A stretch of DNA of 64,000 bases from Macrostomum hystrix (GCA_950097015.1 CATNEN010000011.1:3224001-3288000), one strand, 5' to 3'; shown: positions 47,762-61,177, counted from the stretch's first letter. Notes: generated by a model from the sequence alone, not told the origin. A program made the numbers and translations.

Positions 47762-50700
47762 CTACTTCTTAGCCGCCGCCACCATCTCCACGAGCTTGTC
47801 CGTTGAGAAACTCTTTGGCCGTTCGATTGGCAGGCCCAGGGCCCGGTCCCAGACTAGGGATGATAGGACGCCGAGAGCGCGGCTGACTCCAAACAGCACG
47901 GTGTAATAGTTCATCTCCTTCAAGCCGTAGAACTGCAGCAGCACGCCAGAGTGGGCGTCAACATTCGGCCAGGGATTCTTAACCTTGCCCTGCTCAAGTA
48001 GGATCTCCGGCACAATCTTGAAGATCTGGCCAACCACCTGCGAGATAGAGGGGAAGCTTTTGTTTATTTGCTTTTTATCTAATCAATTAAAAACGTTACT
48101 CCTCAGACTAATTAAACTGAGTCCTGGCTAATATAATGCCACGAACGCTACTAATATGATTATGAAAATCTATAATATACTAATCGAATTCCATTATCAA
48201 ACCCAACTCAAATCCCAATATCTTATCCTGATTGAAATCTAATCTCACATCCTACTCAGAACCAATTCTCACATTCTACTCAGAACCAGTTCTCAAATTC
48301 TACTAAAATCCCAATAATATATATCCTACAAAAAACCCAATTAAATCACATTCTTAAATCCTACTCAAACCCAAATTCTCATATTCTACTCAAATCCTAT
48401 TCTCATATCCTACTCAAATCCTATTCTCATATCCTACTCAAATCCTATTCTCATATCCTACTCAAATCCTATTCTCATATTCTACTCAAATCCTATTCTC
48501 ATATTCTACTCAAATCCTATTCTCATATCCTACTCAAATCCTATTCTCATATCCTACTCAAATCATATTCTCATATCCTACTCAAATCCTATTCTCATAT
48601 TCTACTCAAATCCTATTCTCATATCCTACTCAAATCCTATTCTCATATCCTACTCAAACCCAAATTCTCATATTCTACTCAAATCCTATTCTCATATCCT
48701 ACTCAAATCCTATTCTCATATCCTACTCAAATCCTATTCTCATATCCTACTCAAATCCTATTCTCATATTCTACTCAAATCCTATTCTCATATCCTACTC
48801 AAATCCTATTCTCATATCCTACTCAAATCCTATTCTCATATCCTACTCAAATCCTATTCTCATATTCTACTCAAATCCTATTCTCATATCCTACTCAAAT
48901 CCTATTCTCATATCCTACTCAAATCCTATTCTCATATTCTACTCAAATCCTATTCTCATATTCTACTCAAATCCTACTGAAATCCCATTCTGATATCCTA
49001 CTCAGACCAGATAATGCTCAAAGCAAACTCCGGGCCACAAACCTTGAACATGGGATCATTGGGCAGGTGTTTGAGCGCGAACTCTCGCTGGCACATGTAG
49101 CGCGGGTCAGTTTTGCGCAGTACGGCGTGACCGAAACCCGGCACAACCTGGCCGCTCTGCAGTGTCTTCCAGACGTACTCCTTGACTTTTTCATCGCTTG
49201 GCGATTGGCCAATCTCGGACACCATGCGGGTAATCCAGACCAGCACCTCCTGATTGGCCAGGCCGTGCAGTGGGCCGGCCAGGCCGCACATTCCAGCCGC
49301 CAGTGACAGGTAGGGATCCGACAGAGCGCTGCCAACCAAATGGGTCGTGTGAGCACTAACATTGCCACCCTCGTGATCCGAGTGGATGGTCAAGTATAAG
49401 CGCATGAGCTCGGTGAAGTTCTCATCCTAGATTTGGGATGAACAGGTGAGCAGTTGAAATACTTATTCTGTAAGACTATCCTCAAAGGAGGATATTTTGA
49501 GTAATAATTCTAAATGATTCAACAATTGGGATTTCATTGTGAATCTATAAATAACAATGCCTTTCATTTAAACCAACCTTGAATCCCAGCATGCGAACGA
49601 AATTAGCCGACCAGTCCAATTTGGGATCGATGGCACCAATATTAGCGCCGTCCTTGTACAGGTTCTTGTAGATGATGGCGGCCACAGTAGGCAGTTTAGC
49701 GATCAGATCCATGCTATCCTCGAACACCAGCTCCCAGTACTTGGCCTTGGGGACTCCTTCAGCGTAGGCCTGAAGAGGGGATAATGAAATCAAATGGCTA
49801 AACTCATGATATATCACGCTAGTAGGAATTATTCTGTACGATGTAGACGGGTCGGGAATTAGTTTTTTAGGATCTGATAGGATCTTTAGGATTTAGGATA
49901 TTTGAGAATAGGTATTATAATTTAGGATCTTAGAGAATTAAGAGATCATGTTTGAATATCTGAGAGGATTAGTGATTAGGCTTGTGGTTCTGAGAGGATT
50001 AGTGATTAGGCTTGAGGATCTGAGAGGATTAGTGATTAGGCTTGAGGATCTGAGAGGATTATGGATTATGCTTGTGGTTCAGAGAGGATTAGTGAATATT
50101 TTGAGGATCTGAGAGAACTAGGAATTAGGCTTGTGGTTCTGAGAGGATTAGTGATTAGGCTTGAGGATCTGAGAGGATTAGGGATTAGGCTTGTGGTTCT
50201 GAGAGGATTAGTGATTAGGCTTGAGGATCTGAGAGAACTAGGAATTAGGCTTGTGGTTCTGAGAGGATTAGTGATTAGGCTTGAGGATCTGAGAGGATTA
50301 GGGATTAGGCTTGAGGATCTGAGAGAACTAGGAATTAGGCTTGTGGTTCTGAGAGGATTAGTGATTAGGCTTGAGGATCTGAGAGAACTAGAAATAAGAT
50401 TGTGGTTCTGAGAGGATTAGTGATTAGGCTTGAGGATCTGAGAGGATTAGGGATTAGGCTTGAGGATCTGAGAGAACTAGGAATTAGGCTTGTGGTTCTG
50501 AGAGGATTAGTGATTAGGCTTGAGGATCTGAGAGAACTAGAAATAAGATTGTGGTTCTGAGAGGATTAGTGATTAGGCTTGAGGATCTGAGAGGATTAGG
50601 GATTAGGCTTGAGGATCTGAGAGAACTAGGAATTAGGCTTGTGGTTCTGAGAGGATTAGTGATTAGGCTTGAGGATCTGAGAGAACTAGGAATTAGGCTT

Positions 50701-52199
50701 GTGGTTAAGAGACAAGGAAAATTTGTTGGCTTAAAATTTTCCCCTCCACCGACCTTGGCAAAGCGGCTCTCGGTATTCATGGCGGCGATGGCACAGGCGA
50801 ATTGGCTCATTGGGTGCAGACAGCCCGGGAAATTGTTCAGCATGCTGACCACGTGACCGGGAACCGCGGCGCGCTTGGCCCACTCCTCGCTGATCCACTG
50901 GACGTGACGCTGCTCCGGCACCTGTGCGGATAATTAAAGAGATTATTTGAACTGTGAGTTCATTGATGCGAACAGGATCTATTCGCTAGATAATTCTAAT
51001 TTCCCAGATCCCGAATGCTCGACAAACCTAATTACACTGTTTGATAATTACAAACTTCCCATTCAGGACTCCCAAAATTCAAGGATCCCACTGTTCGATA
51101 ATCCTAAAATTCTAGGAACCTTACCGTTCGATAATCCTAAAATCTAAGAACCCTACTGTTCGATAATCCTAAAATTCTAGGAACCCTACTGTTCGATAAT
51201 CCCAAAGATCTAGAAACCTACTGTTCGATAATCCTAAAATTCTAGGACCCTACTGTTCGATAATCTCGAAATTCTGGGAACTCTACTGTTCGACATCCCT
51301 AAATTCCAGGATCTCACTGTTTGATAATCCCAAAATTCTAGGAACCTGCTGTTTGATGATCCTATCGTATTAGTGCGCCATAAGCGCGCCTCACTCACCT
51401 GGCCAGTAAGCAGCAGGTAAAACAGGCCCTCAGGCAGTGGCTCGCTACCATTGGGCGCCTTAGGCAGAATCTTCTGACAGTCTGGAATCGAATGCCCGCG
51501 GAATCGGATTCCCTCCTCGGCGTCTAGCACGGAGGTCTCGGTGACAAGGCCGCGCACGCCGCGCATGCCGCCGTACATCATGTCTATGGTAACTTCGCCC
51601 ATTTTGAAGTCGCCGTGAGTTTTACGAAAGTTGGCAACTCGACGCTGCTCGGCAGGCACTAGCTCGGACATAATGTCGCGAAGGTTCTGACGAAATGGAA
51701 TTTTATTACCATAATGACAGATCCCTTGACCTCGTTACCATAATAATTGCATAATTAGTATAGTTTATTTTAATTGATTACACCTGCCCCAATTAGGCCA
51801 GATGTGCAGCCAACAGCACAGCCGCAGCTATTGCGCGGCACATCTGAAGACTGCGTACGGCAGTTCAGTCCATGGACTGGGGGGGGGGACGCCACACCCA
51901 CCTTCAATTATCCCAGCTGATGCTGGTACCCATTTAACAGCTGGGTGAACTGAAGCAATGCAGAGTTAAGTGTCTTGCTAAAGGACACAAATTGTTCTAG
52001 TGGAGTCGGGAATCGAACCCCCGACCTTCAAGTCGTGAGTCCGACGCTCTAACCACTAGGCTACAACCTACCAAAATTCTAGGACTCTACTGTTCGATAA
52101 TCCCAAAATTCTAGGACCCTACTAGTATATTTTATTACTTACAGCAGAAGATGCAGCCCTGGCCCCACTTCTAGCCACAGCGGCAAAGTTGCGCAGCAT
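47762..52199 (-). CDS. CS: Citrate synthase, mitochondrial, 454 aa; complement(join(47762..48037,49043..49426,49578..49769,50754..50921,51399..51686,52143..52199))
   Basis: Targeting peptide [19 protein letters not shown] and motifs [53 protein letters not shown]. Six exons with GT-AG junctions. Confidence 0.96.
48360..48995. repeat. 24-bp minisatellite (ATCCTACTCAAATCCTATTCTCAT) in the last CS intron
   Basis: Directly visible. Confidence 0.93.
49950..50705. repeat. 30-bp minisatellite (GATTAGGCTTGAGGATCTGAGAGGATTAGT-type) in CS intron 3
   Basis: Directly visible. Confidence 0.92.
51090..51360. repeat. About 30-bp degenerate repeat (CTGTTCGATAATCCTAAAATTCTAGGAACC) in CS intron 2; further units at about 52073..52125
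   Basis: Directly visible. Confidence 0.8.
51790..52072 (-). mobile_element. tRNA-derived CORE-like SINE (family A) in CS intron 1
   Basis: Minus strand reads GGTAGGTTGTAGCCTAGTGGTTAGAGCG...GGTTCGATTCCCG, then GTGTCCTTTAGCAAGACACTTAACTCTGCATTGCTTCAGTTCACCCAGCTGTTAAATGGG. Aligns by eye with 7577..7795. Confidence 0.85.
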
Positions 52200-52921
52200 T
52201 CCAACTGAGTAAAGAGCCATTTTCTATTGTTTCAGAACCTGCACTGGCTGGAAAAAGCAACTGTTTATTAAGTAGATTTAGAGTAATTATCTTTACATAT
52301 ATACTGGTATGGCTAGAACAATATATATAATTTGTAACATTTTCACAACTGCACATGTTAGTTTAGCTAGACAAAAAATCAAAATTTAGTGCAAAATCCT
52401 TTTTAGGCTAAACTTGATGTAACCAGTAATCTCGATGTGACTCTTAAACTTGATGTGACTCTTAATACATATAACTTTTAGTCTCCAGAAGCTTAATAAA
52501 CAAGATTTCTCAACAGCTATAAGCTTTTTTTATAATTAAAATGAAAACCTTTTTTTTTATTTACTTAGCTGCAGTCTTAAAAAATGGTTGACACTTTCTT
52601 CTAAATTATAGAATAATTACCATGACTTAAAGTAATAAAAATGTTTCATTTAGAAATTAGAATATACATTTACTTTGAGTTAAGTGAATTATGCATGTAA
52701 TATTGTATTGTAAAAAAAACTGAGTAATTTATTATTTAGCTAAAAATATAAGTAAAAGTATTTTTTGTCTTGGTTCTCAGTGATAAAAATAGTCTAGCCT
52801 AGGCCAATTCAGAGAAACCTAACTAAATGATAACAAAAATTAGATAAAAAAAGCAAAAAGAAAAAAATTGTGTTTTTTAATAAGTTGTTAAGAAATAATA
52901 AACAACTTCAATATAATCATA

Positions 52922-53224
52922 CATGTGCAACCTCCCAAATCTTAGCCGGCCGTGCAACTTAGTTTTTGCTTTATTTACGACTTAGTTTGCTCTCAGTTGC
53001 AAAGTTTAGTTCGTTTCATTGCTCTATTTACGACTTAGTTTGCTCTCATTTGCTCTATTTTTCTCTCCCCTTTTTCCTCTTCTTCATGCCTTCCTTTTTT
53101 GTCCCTTGGTCCCCTCTTTGATTTTTTTGCACTTGGTTGCAAGTCGCAACTGAGAGCAAACTAAGTCATAAATAGAGCAAAAACTAAGTCGCACAGCTGG
53201 CTAAGATTTGGGAGGTTGCACATG
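52922..53224. mobile_element. MITE, 303 bp, long TIRs (CATGTGCAACCTCCCAAATCTTAGCC...), TA target-site duplication (Tc1/mariner type)
   Basis: Terminal inverted repeats of about 80 bp, flanked by TA at 52920-52921 and 53225-53226. Confidence 0.85.
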
Positions 53225-53798
53225 TATGGTAATGCTCAAGTAATAGTATTAGCCTATGTGGTTTAGTAGAATCTCTGCTGCCTATCATTGACTCATTGAG
53301 TAGTTAGTGTTGCCTAGGATGTGCTACCTAACAATGTACCATACATTTGTTGATTGCCATCTATACTTTGTTGATCCCAAATGATCCAACCCTACACACA
53401 AATACCATAGATAGCACATACAAGTGTCACATGTAAAGGTTAATTTCTGTAATCAGCATGGCACCAGTGATTACCTTTTTGACTCCCACCTCAGTCAGTT
53501 CCTCTGGTACTTTCTCTAGAAAAGTTTCGGCAAATTTCTGTTATAAGTGATTCACTACCATTTCTAATACTGTTTCTCAAATGCAATGACCTGATTTATT
53601 GCTTTAATAAACTTGCTTGTGTTTGTCTGCTTACAATTTTAGGTCAAAATATTTTAAAATGGGAAACTATGACATTGCCCTACTTTGAGGTATTTATTTA
53701 GTTACTATTGCATAAAAAATTATGAATATTCAGAGGCTTTGGCCTATTGTAAAAAACAGCAAGAAAAAAAATAAAAAGCCTCATTGTAATGGCAATAA

Positions 53799-54172
53799 GG
53801 GTTCCAGTCACTTCATCTGCCAAAATCTTGTCTGCCAACAGGCAAATTGACTAATTTGTAGGCCAATGAAATTCATGAGCAGATGATCAATTTGCACACA
53901 GCATTTGATTTAATTTAATGAGAAAGAACCTTTAAAACTAGTCCAATGTTGTTTATATGTGCTGCAGACTAAGTGACGCAGACATAAAATCACCTGATCA
54001 ATACCAACTTGTGCATTGCATAGGCATTTTATTAAATAATAGCTTTCTATTTTGTGATTATAAAGGCAGTAGGGCCCAGCAAATGACTTTGTTTCACTTT
54101 TAGTATGGCAGACAACTTTTTGTGAAGTTTCTTTAAAAAACAAATTAATAGCAGACGAGATGACTAGAAACC
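53799..54172. mobile_element. Degenerate MITE-like element with imperfect TIRs
   Basis: Left end GGTTCCAGTCACTTCATCTGC versus reverse complement of right end GGTTTCTAGTCATCTCGTCTGC; partial flanking direct repeat GCAATAA. Confidence 0.45.
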
Positions 54173-54599
54173 AAGCAATAATAGGGGCCTATTAATGCAT
54201 TATGAACTAACAATTTAAGGCAATTCATGTTAGCGAGTAAGCGAATATTTTGACACATGTAGGCTATTTCAGGATGACTAAATTTTTATGGATGAATTAC
54301 TGAAAAGCCTAGTACCCAAACTCGATTACATGGATTATATTTATTCTCGGTGCAAGAGCCAAGAATACAAACGTAGAAACATTGTCTAAACTTTAAGGCT
54401 AAAGGCATCTGAAAGGCACCTGAAAATCCAAATGTGAAATGCAGTCAGTTTGCTGAGGACATGGCCACCTGGGCCTCTGCAGACACCTTTGCTGGTCTGC
54501 GGATATGTCTCCAGAGCTACCTCAGACAAGTCTGGGAGTGGTGTGGCAAGCAAGGCATCAGACTGAATACTGACTGACAATAGCAAGGCAATCACCTTC

Positions 54600-55170
54600 A
54601 ACTACAAGCCAACACCTCGCGCCAACTTGCGACCCAAACTGCAGCTGGGACAGATGGAGGTCCCCTACTGTCAGGAAATGAAATTTTTAGGTGTCCTCCT
54701 CGATACCAATCTTTGCTTGAACAAACATGTGGACAACATGGTGAACACATGCAGGGCCATTGTCATGTCCCTTTGCCGCATCGCCAAGATCACCAAACTG
54801 AGCAGCGTCACTCTCAAGATGCTAGGCCTATACAGGGCCTATGGTGAGAGCGCTCTCACCTATGGCGCCCCAATCTTGACTGCGTCAAGATCTGATCTGC
54901 GTCACCAACCAGATCAAACTGCAAAAGATCCAGAACCTTGCTCTGTGCATCTGCTACGGTGTGCCTTCTTACCTGAGCACTGAATACCTTCAAAAACTGA
55001 GTCAAGCAGCTCAGTGGGGCTGGCTGCTTAAGATGAGAGAAGCTCGGCTGCACAGCTTCCACATTGAGCCGGAGCTGCCTCGAGCTCCGGGCCAAGTTTC
55101 CATCCTGGATGTCCTGTGGGCTGCCCTGAGGCGGGGACAAATCAACAGGCAGAACCCACTCCCAATCCAG
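54600..55170 (+). mobile_element. Degenerate non-LTR retrotransposon (LINE) reverse-transcriptase C-terminal fragment
   Basis: MKFLGVLLDTNL...HVDN...LYRAY...LTYGAPI, followed after a frameshift by KLQKIQNLALCI. This is the typical post-RT pattern of LINEs. Confidence 0.75.
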
Positions 55171-57094
55171 GGCTGAGCAGTCTCTGAGACCCATGGCCCT
55201 GAAAGTAAACTAAAATGAAATTTAAATAGCTGCCTGAGCTCAAGAGGGCTGGTGAGCAGTGCTCAGCTGCTCTAATATTCCAGTCTCTATCTTATGCTCT
55301 TTTGCAACTGACTAGGCCTAAATGCTTCTATTGCCTATGAGTATTTATGGCTTTATTGTTTTTTGGCCTTTATTCACAAACTGCTAGCTTTAGGCCCTAG
55401 GCCTATATCATTTATTTTATTATTTATAAAATCTATAAATCTATAATGTATTTATTATTTACTAATTTTATGCTCAATATCCGTATAAAAGATTCTAAAT
55501 CGAATCGCTTGTAAATTTTTAATAAATTCGGTAAATTTATTTAAAATTCAGCGGTGTAGTTCCTCGGAACTGATCCGCGCCCCAGTCCGTCGGGGAATTC
55601 GTTTCAACAACAAAGCTAAAGGCATCCGAAAGTTTAGATATTCTTAGAAAAGAGGGGAAGCGATTGACTCATTTAGAAATTCGTCCATAGTGCGTTAATG
55701 CATTTAATTTGACAAAAATGTTTACTCCTAAATCGTAAAAAATTAATAATTAAAATCCTAAATCATTCAACACAGCAGAAGCTGTGAAATTAAAAGGCGA
55801 AAGGGTTGTAAACTTGTTAACTTACTTACTAATTCCGTGAAAAGAACTAATCAGACAAAATTTATACAAACGCGGTGGTAAAGAAGTATAATTAGTGCTA
55901 GGCCCTATTTGAACCAAGGCATTTCAGAGGATTTTGGGCGTCTTATCAGAGCACTATAATGTTTTTGGGTTGCGATTTTGTATTTAGGGCATCGGATTGT
56001 GGCCGTCATCCCGGACCCTTGCATCTATGCGCCTAAGCTGTCACATTCTCAATTGGTAAAATATTGCTCGAAGAAAACATACAATGAAACTAAACGAAAT
56101 GTTATTGTCATTTTTTTGGAAAGTTTCTAAACAGTAAAATAAGCATGACACACGACGAGCAGCTTTCTGTCATGAGCATTCTTTGAACCTAATTTTTACG
56201 TAAGGAAGTCTTCTAAAAATTATTACAAAAGGACATTGAAAAGTTAGTGGTGTTTATAAAAAATCTGATACTCGAGTTTTAGGGCGCTGATTTTCCAAAA
56301 AATAATGAAAACGTTGTTTACTTTTGCTACTTATTTCTCTAGCACGAATTTGAAGTTACCGTTATAGATCGATTTCTTGGTATGGTAAATATATTTTGTC
56401 TTGCCTGTAATACTGTATTAGACTCTAATTGTAGTCTTCTGTCGGTCTAATGCTTGTCCTTGTCTTATATCATATTACTTGTTTTTAAAACTTTCACTTT
56501 TTAGATGGTAGGCTCCCCTATTATAGTTTTTTATATTAAAACTTATAGTATTGGTGCATATGACTGGGAGGAAGTGATTAGGGCCTATTAACTGAATTTT
56601 TAATATCTCATAGGCCTAGGCCTATCTGTATCAACTGGGGCCTATTATATAAATTATAATATATAAATAGGGCCTACATAACATTCCACTTTTTTAATTC
56701 CAATTGACATTTACCAAAAAAAGGCATATGCCTATCTTTCTATTAAAGAAACAGTTGCCTTCTTTTTCATTCTAAACTACATTTTTTTACTTTTTTAACT
56801 TTTCTACATTTGTAGTCATAATTTTTTCTGGCCTTTGTAACACTTTTATAGGCCCTATAACACAAATTTAGTGAATAATTATTCATGACTTCAGGATAGT
56901 AAATATTGTTTTCACTTTTTCTTCTGTTTGTTAATGTTTGTTTAAACTTTTCTTTTGACAAATGGCTATATAGCTTGATCATTACTGTGTCTGTGCTTTT
57001 GGTGCCTGATCTTGCTTTTTAGGTACCTTTCAGTTCATTTGGTTAAAAATGCATTCTGGTTCCCACATTATGGCACATATACATGAAATATAAG

Positions 57095-57595
57095 GAATCA
57101 GTCCATTTCGGCAACATACCATTTCGGCGACAACCATTTCGGCGACAATACTTTTGAAGTTGTGGAACAAATTTATTTTGCACAAGAAAAGTGCAGAGAA
57201 TGAAAGAGTGAATAGAGAACAAGGCAGAGACGAAAGTCGCGACAGAACTTCTACCTGTGTAGAATAACGAAGTTGATAACAAACATGTTAGTTATAAAAT
57301 ATTGATGATGGCAAATGATGCTACTTATAAGTAAGACAGGTGAGGTTGACGCACATAGAGCGCGGACCAAACTGATCCAAACTCGCTATTTATATTATAT
57401 GTTAAAACAAATACTATAACAGGAATACATTAACCAGTAGAAGAATCAAATACATTACATACTCAATAAGCAAACACTATCAGATCCATTATTACTGCGG
57501 TTTTGATGTTTGTCGCCAAAGTGGTTGTCACCGAAATGACTTGTCGCCAAAATGGTTGTCGCCGAAATGACTTGTCGCCAAAATGGACCGGATTC
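57095..57595. mobile_element. 501-bp non-autonomous DNA transposon with subterminal repeats and a perfect 9-bp TSD (Mutator-like MITE)
   Basis: AAATATAAG at 57086..57094 and 57596..57604. Inverted ends GAATCAGTCCATTTCGGC / GCCAAAATGGACCGGATTC. Inverted arrays of CCATTTCGGCGACAA. Confidence 0.85.
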
Positions 57596-59358
57596 AAATA
57601 TAAGACACTGTTTAACATTACAATATATTATTAGCAGTGTGTCTATCCAGTTTTTTTTCAATTCATCAAAATGTTTGTTGTAAATGCTTATAGCTGTTGT
57701 ATTTAAAATCGTTTTACTAATACAATAGCAAGCTTTTAATAGGGCCTAGTATGTTACATGAATGGACATACATTTATATATACATGAAAAGTAGCATATC
57801 TTTAAATTAAAGTGTATAAAGCTCACATGTTATTAAAAAATATCTAACCAGGCCCATCACATTAGGCAGGATTTAATCAAAGATCACTAAAATAATGGTA
57901 AAAATAATGGGACACTTTTTCAGAAAATCTGACAATAGGACAGATTTTCATGAAAAAAATCCGCTTGCAAGATATGAACTAGTGGATAAGAAGCAGATAA
58001 AATGCTATTGTTTTAACATAACTTGCAAAACATGTTGCTTCAACAAATTAAAAAAAGTGTTTTTCATGAATATGTTATCTGATCTTTATTCTATTTTTTA
58101 TCTATCTATGCAGGTGCAATTAAGGCTTCACATCAAGTTTTATGTCTTATAACTTTTTCATGTCTTATGGAAACCAAAGTGTATCAAAACAGTACTGAAA
58201 AGCAAGACCAGGTACCAAAATGCCTAGCAACCAGCTAGAATATATTGTTTTGTGTAGCTTTTTGCTAAGCATAGTTCAATTTCAACATATAATAGACTTT
58301 TTGTTTGATAAACTATTATTTACATTTAAGACTATAACCCATTCATAATAAAAAAAATCATGGCTAAAATCATAGTGCAAAAAGAAACCTCATTTGTGTT
58401 ATTTTTTAGTTGGATATATTAAATAAGTCTATAAAATGTGCTAGAAAAGATATACATTGCTAGATATTATTTGCATTGCTCTCCAACTGCTATCTCAAAA
58501 CAGGTTTTTTTATTTTCTACTGATGCAAAAATTTAGCTTTGTTTTTTTGGGTCCTAATTTTTCCAAAATTCTTAAAACTTCTAATGTAAAGGTTTTTTGA
58601 TAATTTATTACTGCCTACATTAGTGTATAAAAACACTGTCATAGAACCATATTTATTGCACTTCATTTGTTTTTTTGATGATGCACAGTTTGCAAACATC
58701 AAACATTGTATCATCAACAAGTTTTTTTTTCAGGATTTGGCTAGTACTTTTCTATATTTTTAAGTAGTAAGACAATCTGTACTGATTATAAATAAAGTAC
58801 AATGCTTTATTTGTAAATCTGGTAAAGGAAATTATACAATGTTTTTCCACAATCATGAAAAACATCTGAATGTTAGAAAGACCAAAGAAAGATCTTGAGG
58901 AATATACTTCATGTATTAATAGTGTTAAAAAAGTTTTATACACTTATACTCTATATGAATACATATATTATAATTTTATATATGTTTAAGTTCTGTATTG
59001 TATGTGTGGCCCTCTAAAGCCTATTTTCTAGTATTTTTCATATATAGCAACAAATAATACATAAGCTATTCATGTTTTTTCTAACTGCACTGTTTGGTTT
59101 TTGATGTTTTACCCTCTTCTGTTTAAATCAGTAGGCTTTCTGTTTAATTCCACATTACAGTTAAATTATAGTTTCTATATGCAATTTACAAGTGGCACAT
59201 GTGGGACTGCAATACAAATATGCATCCAAAAACTGCTCAATTTTCTTTCCAGTTTCTAAATGAGCATTTCATCTCTGCGCCAATCAACTCAAGGCTTATT
59301 ATTTGCAAAAGCACAATTATTTCGCATCAACCTTGTTCAGAGTCTATTTTCAAGAAGC

Positions 59359-61177
59359 ATGAGCTCACAGAAGAAGGTTGCTGTGGTGAGTTATCTTATA
59401 ATTAGCTTTTGTGACTTTTTAAAAAGTTTTTTTAAATAATGTTTTTAACCTATAAAAATTTAAATAAAAAATGTTATCTCTTAGCTAAATTGATTGATAT
59501 TTTTTGTTAGGTTCTCTCTGGCTGCGGTGTCTATGATGGCAGTGAGGTGCACGAAGCTTCTTCGTAAGTATATTTTTATATCCCCCTTTAACTAGCCTGC
59601 CAAAAATGTATACAATGTCATCACACACTCACTCAATTCTTCAGTTGCCTGATTCATCTAAGTAGAGAGGGCTCAGCTGTTTCTATATTTGCCCCGGACA
59701 TTGATCAGATGCATGTCATCAATCATCTTAAGGGCGAGGAAATGCAGGAAAAACGGTAAGTACAAGTAGCACTACTTTTATTTAGCAATGGGTCATCGTG
59801 TACAGCGATGTTTACTATTAACCGAGCTGTTTGTTTTTGCATTCAGTTTAAGTAAGGTTCATCAGGGCTGAGACTATCGGGTTCAGCGGGGTGGAGATTA
59901 TCTGTTCTGCAGGGTTGGGATTATCGGATTGTACAGGGTTATGATTATCGTGTTATGCAAGGTTGGGATTATCGGATTGTACAGGGTTATGATTATCGTG
60001 TTATGCAAGGTTGGGATTATTGTGTTATGCAAGGTTGGGATTATTGTGTTTTGCAGGGCTGGGATTATCGTGTTATGCAGGGTTGGGATTATCGTGTTAT
60101 GCAGGGTTGGGATTATCGTGTTATGCAGGGTTGGGATTATCGTGTTATGCAGGGTTGGGATTATCGTGTTATGCAGGGTTGGGATTATCGGGTTCAGCAG
60201 GGTTGGGGATTATCGGGTTCAGCAGGGTTGGGGATTATCGGGTTCAGCAGGGTTTGGATTATCGTGTTATGCAGGTTTGGATTATCGTGTTATGCAGGGT
60301 TGGGATTATCGGGTTCAGCAAGGTTGGGGATTATAGGGCTGTGAGGATTAGCTTTCTAATAAATCTAGCCCAGATAATTCCTTGACTACCCCGCAGCAAT
60401 GTCCTGATTGAGTCGGGTCGCATCGCACGCGGCAAAGCGTCGCCATTGTCTGAGCTTCGCGCCGCGGACTTTGACGCCGTTATCTTCCCCGGCGGTTTCG
60501 GGGCCGCCAAAAATCTGTCCAACTTCGCCGTCAAAGGCAAAGACTGCTCCCTGCTGCCCGACGCCGAAAGAGTGCTGACTGAGTTCAACAAAGCCGGCAA
60601 ACCGATCGGTCTGTGCTGCATTGCACCCGTGCTAGCTGCCAAAGCCTTGCCCGGTTGTCAGGTCAGAAGGCTTTTTATATCTCTAATCTCACCCTCTGTT
60701 GTCTTTATGTGTCTCTAATCTTACCGTCGATGTCTATGTGTGTCTCTAATCTCACTTTCTGCTGTCCATTTTCCTCTCTAATCTCACCATCTAACGTCCA
60801 TTTATATCTCTAATCTCTCCTTCTAACGTCCATTTATATCTCTAATCTCTCCCTCTAACGCCAGTTTTCATCTCTAATCTCATCCTCTAACGCCAGTTTT
60901 CATCTCTAATCTCATCCTCTAACGCCAGTTTTCCAACTATCCAACCCAGGTGACAATGGGCTCAGAGTCTGAGGAAGGCGGCAGGTGGCCCCACGCAGGC
61001 GCCACCCAGGCCGTGGGACCGCTGGGCGGGCAGCACATTGCTCGCGGAGTCACTGAGTGTCACGTCGACGCGGCCAAGAAGGTTGTGACAACGCCGGCGT
61101 TTATGTGCGAAGCTCCGCTGCATCAGATCTATGAGGGCATTGGAGCCATGATTCGCGAGGTCCTTCGCCTGGCTTGA
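59359..61177 (+). CDS. GATD3: ES1/GATD3 (C21orf33/ElbB-like, DJ-1/PfpI class I glutamine amidotransferase-like) protein, at least 227 aa; join(59359..59385,59511..59563,59645..59755,60397..60661,60950..61177)
   Basis: Motifs KKVAV|[58 protein letters not shown]. All junctions GT-AG and phase-consistent. An N-terminal extension is possible. Confidence 0.92.
59860..60345. repeat. 24-bp minisatellite (GGGATTATCGTGTTATGCAGGGTT) in GATD3 intron 3
   Basis: Directly visible. Confidence 0.9.
60680..60940. repeat. About 30-bp degenerate repeat (TCTCTAATCTCATCCTCTAACGCCAGTTTT) filling GATD3 intron 4
   Basis: Directly visible. Confidence 0.8.

Noticed and set aside
51840-51880. Hairpin in the SINE tail (ACTGC-CGTAC-GCAGT) as a hammerhead or HDV ribozyme
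   Set aside because: The conserved CUGANGA/GAAA core is not present.
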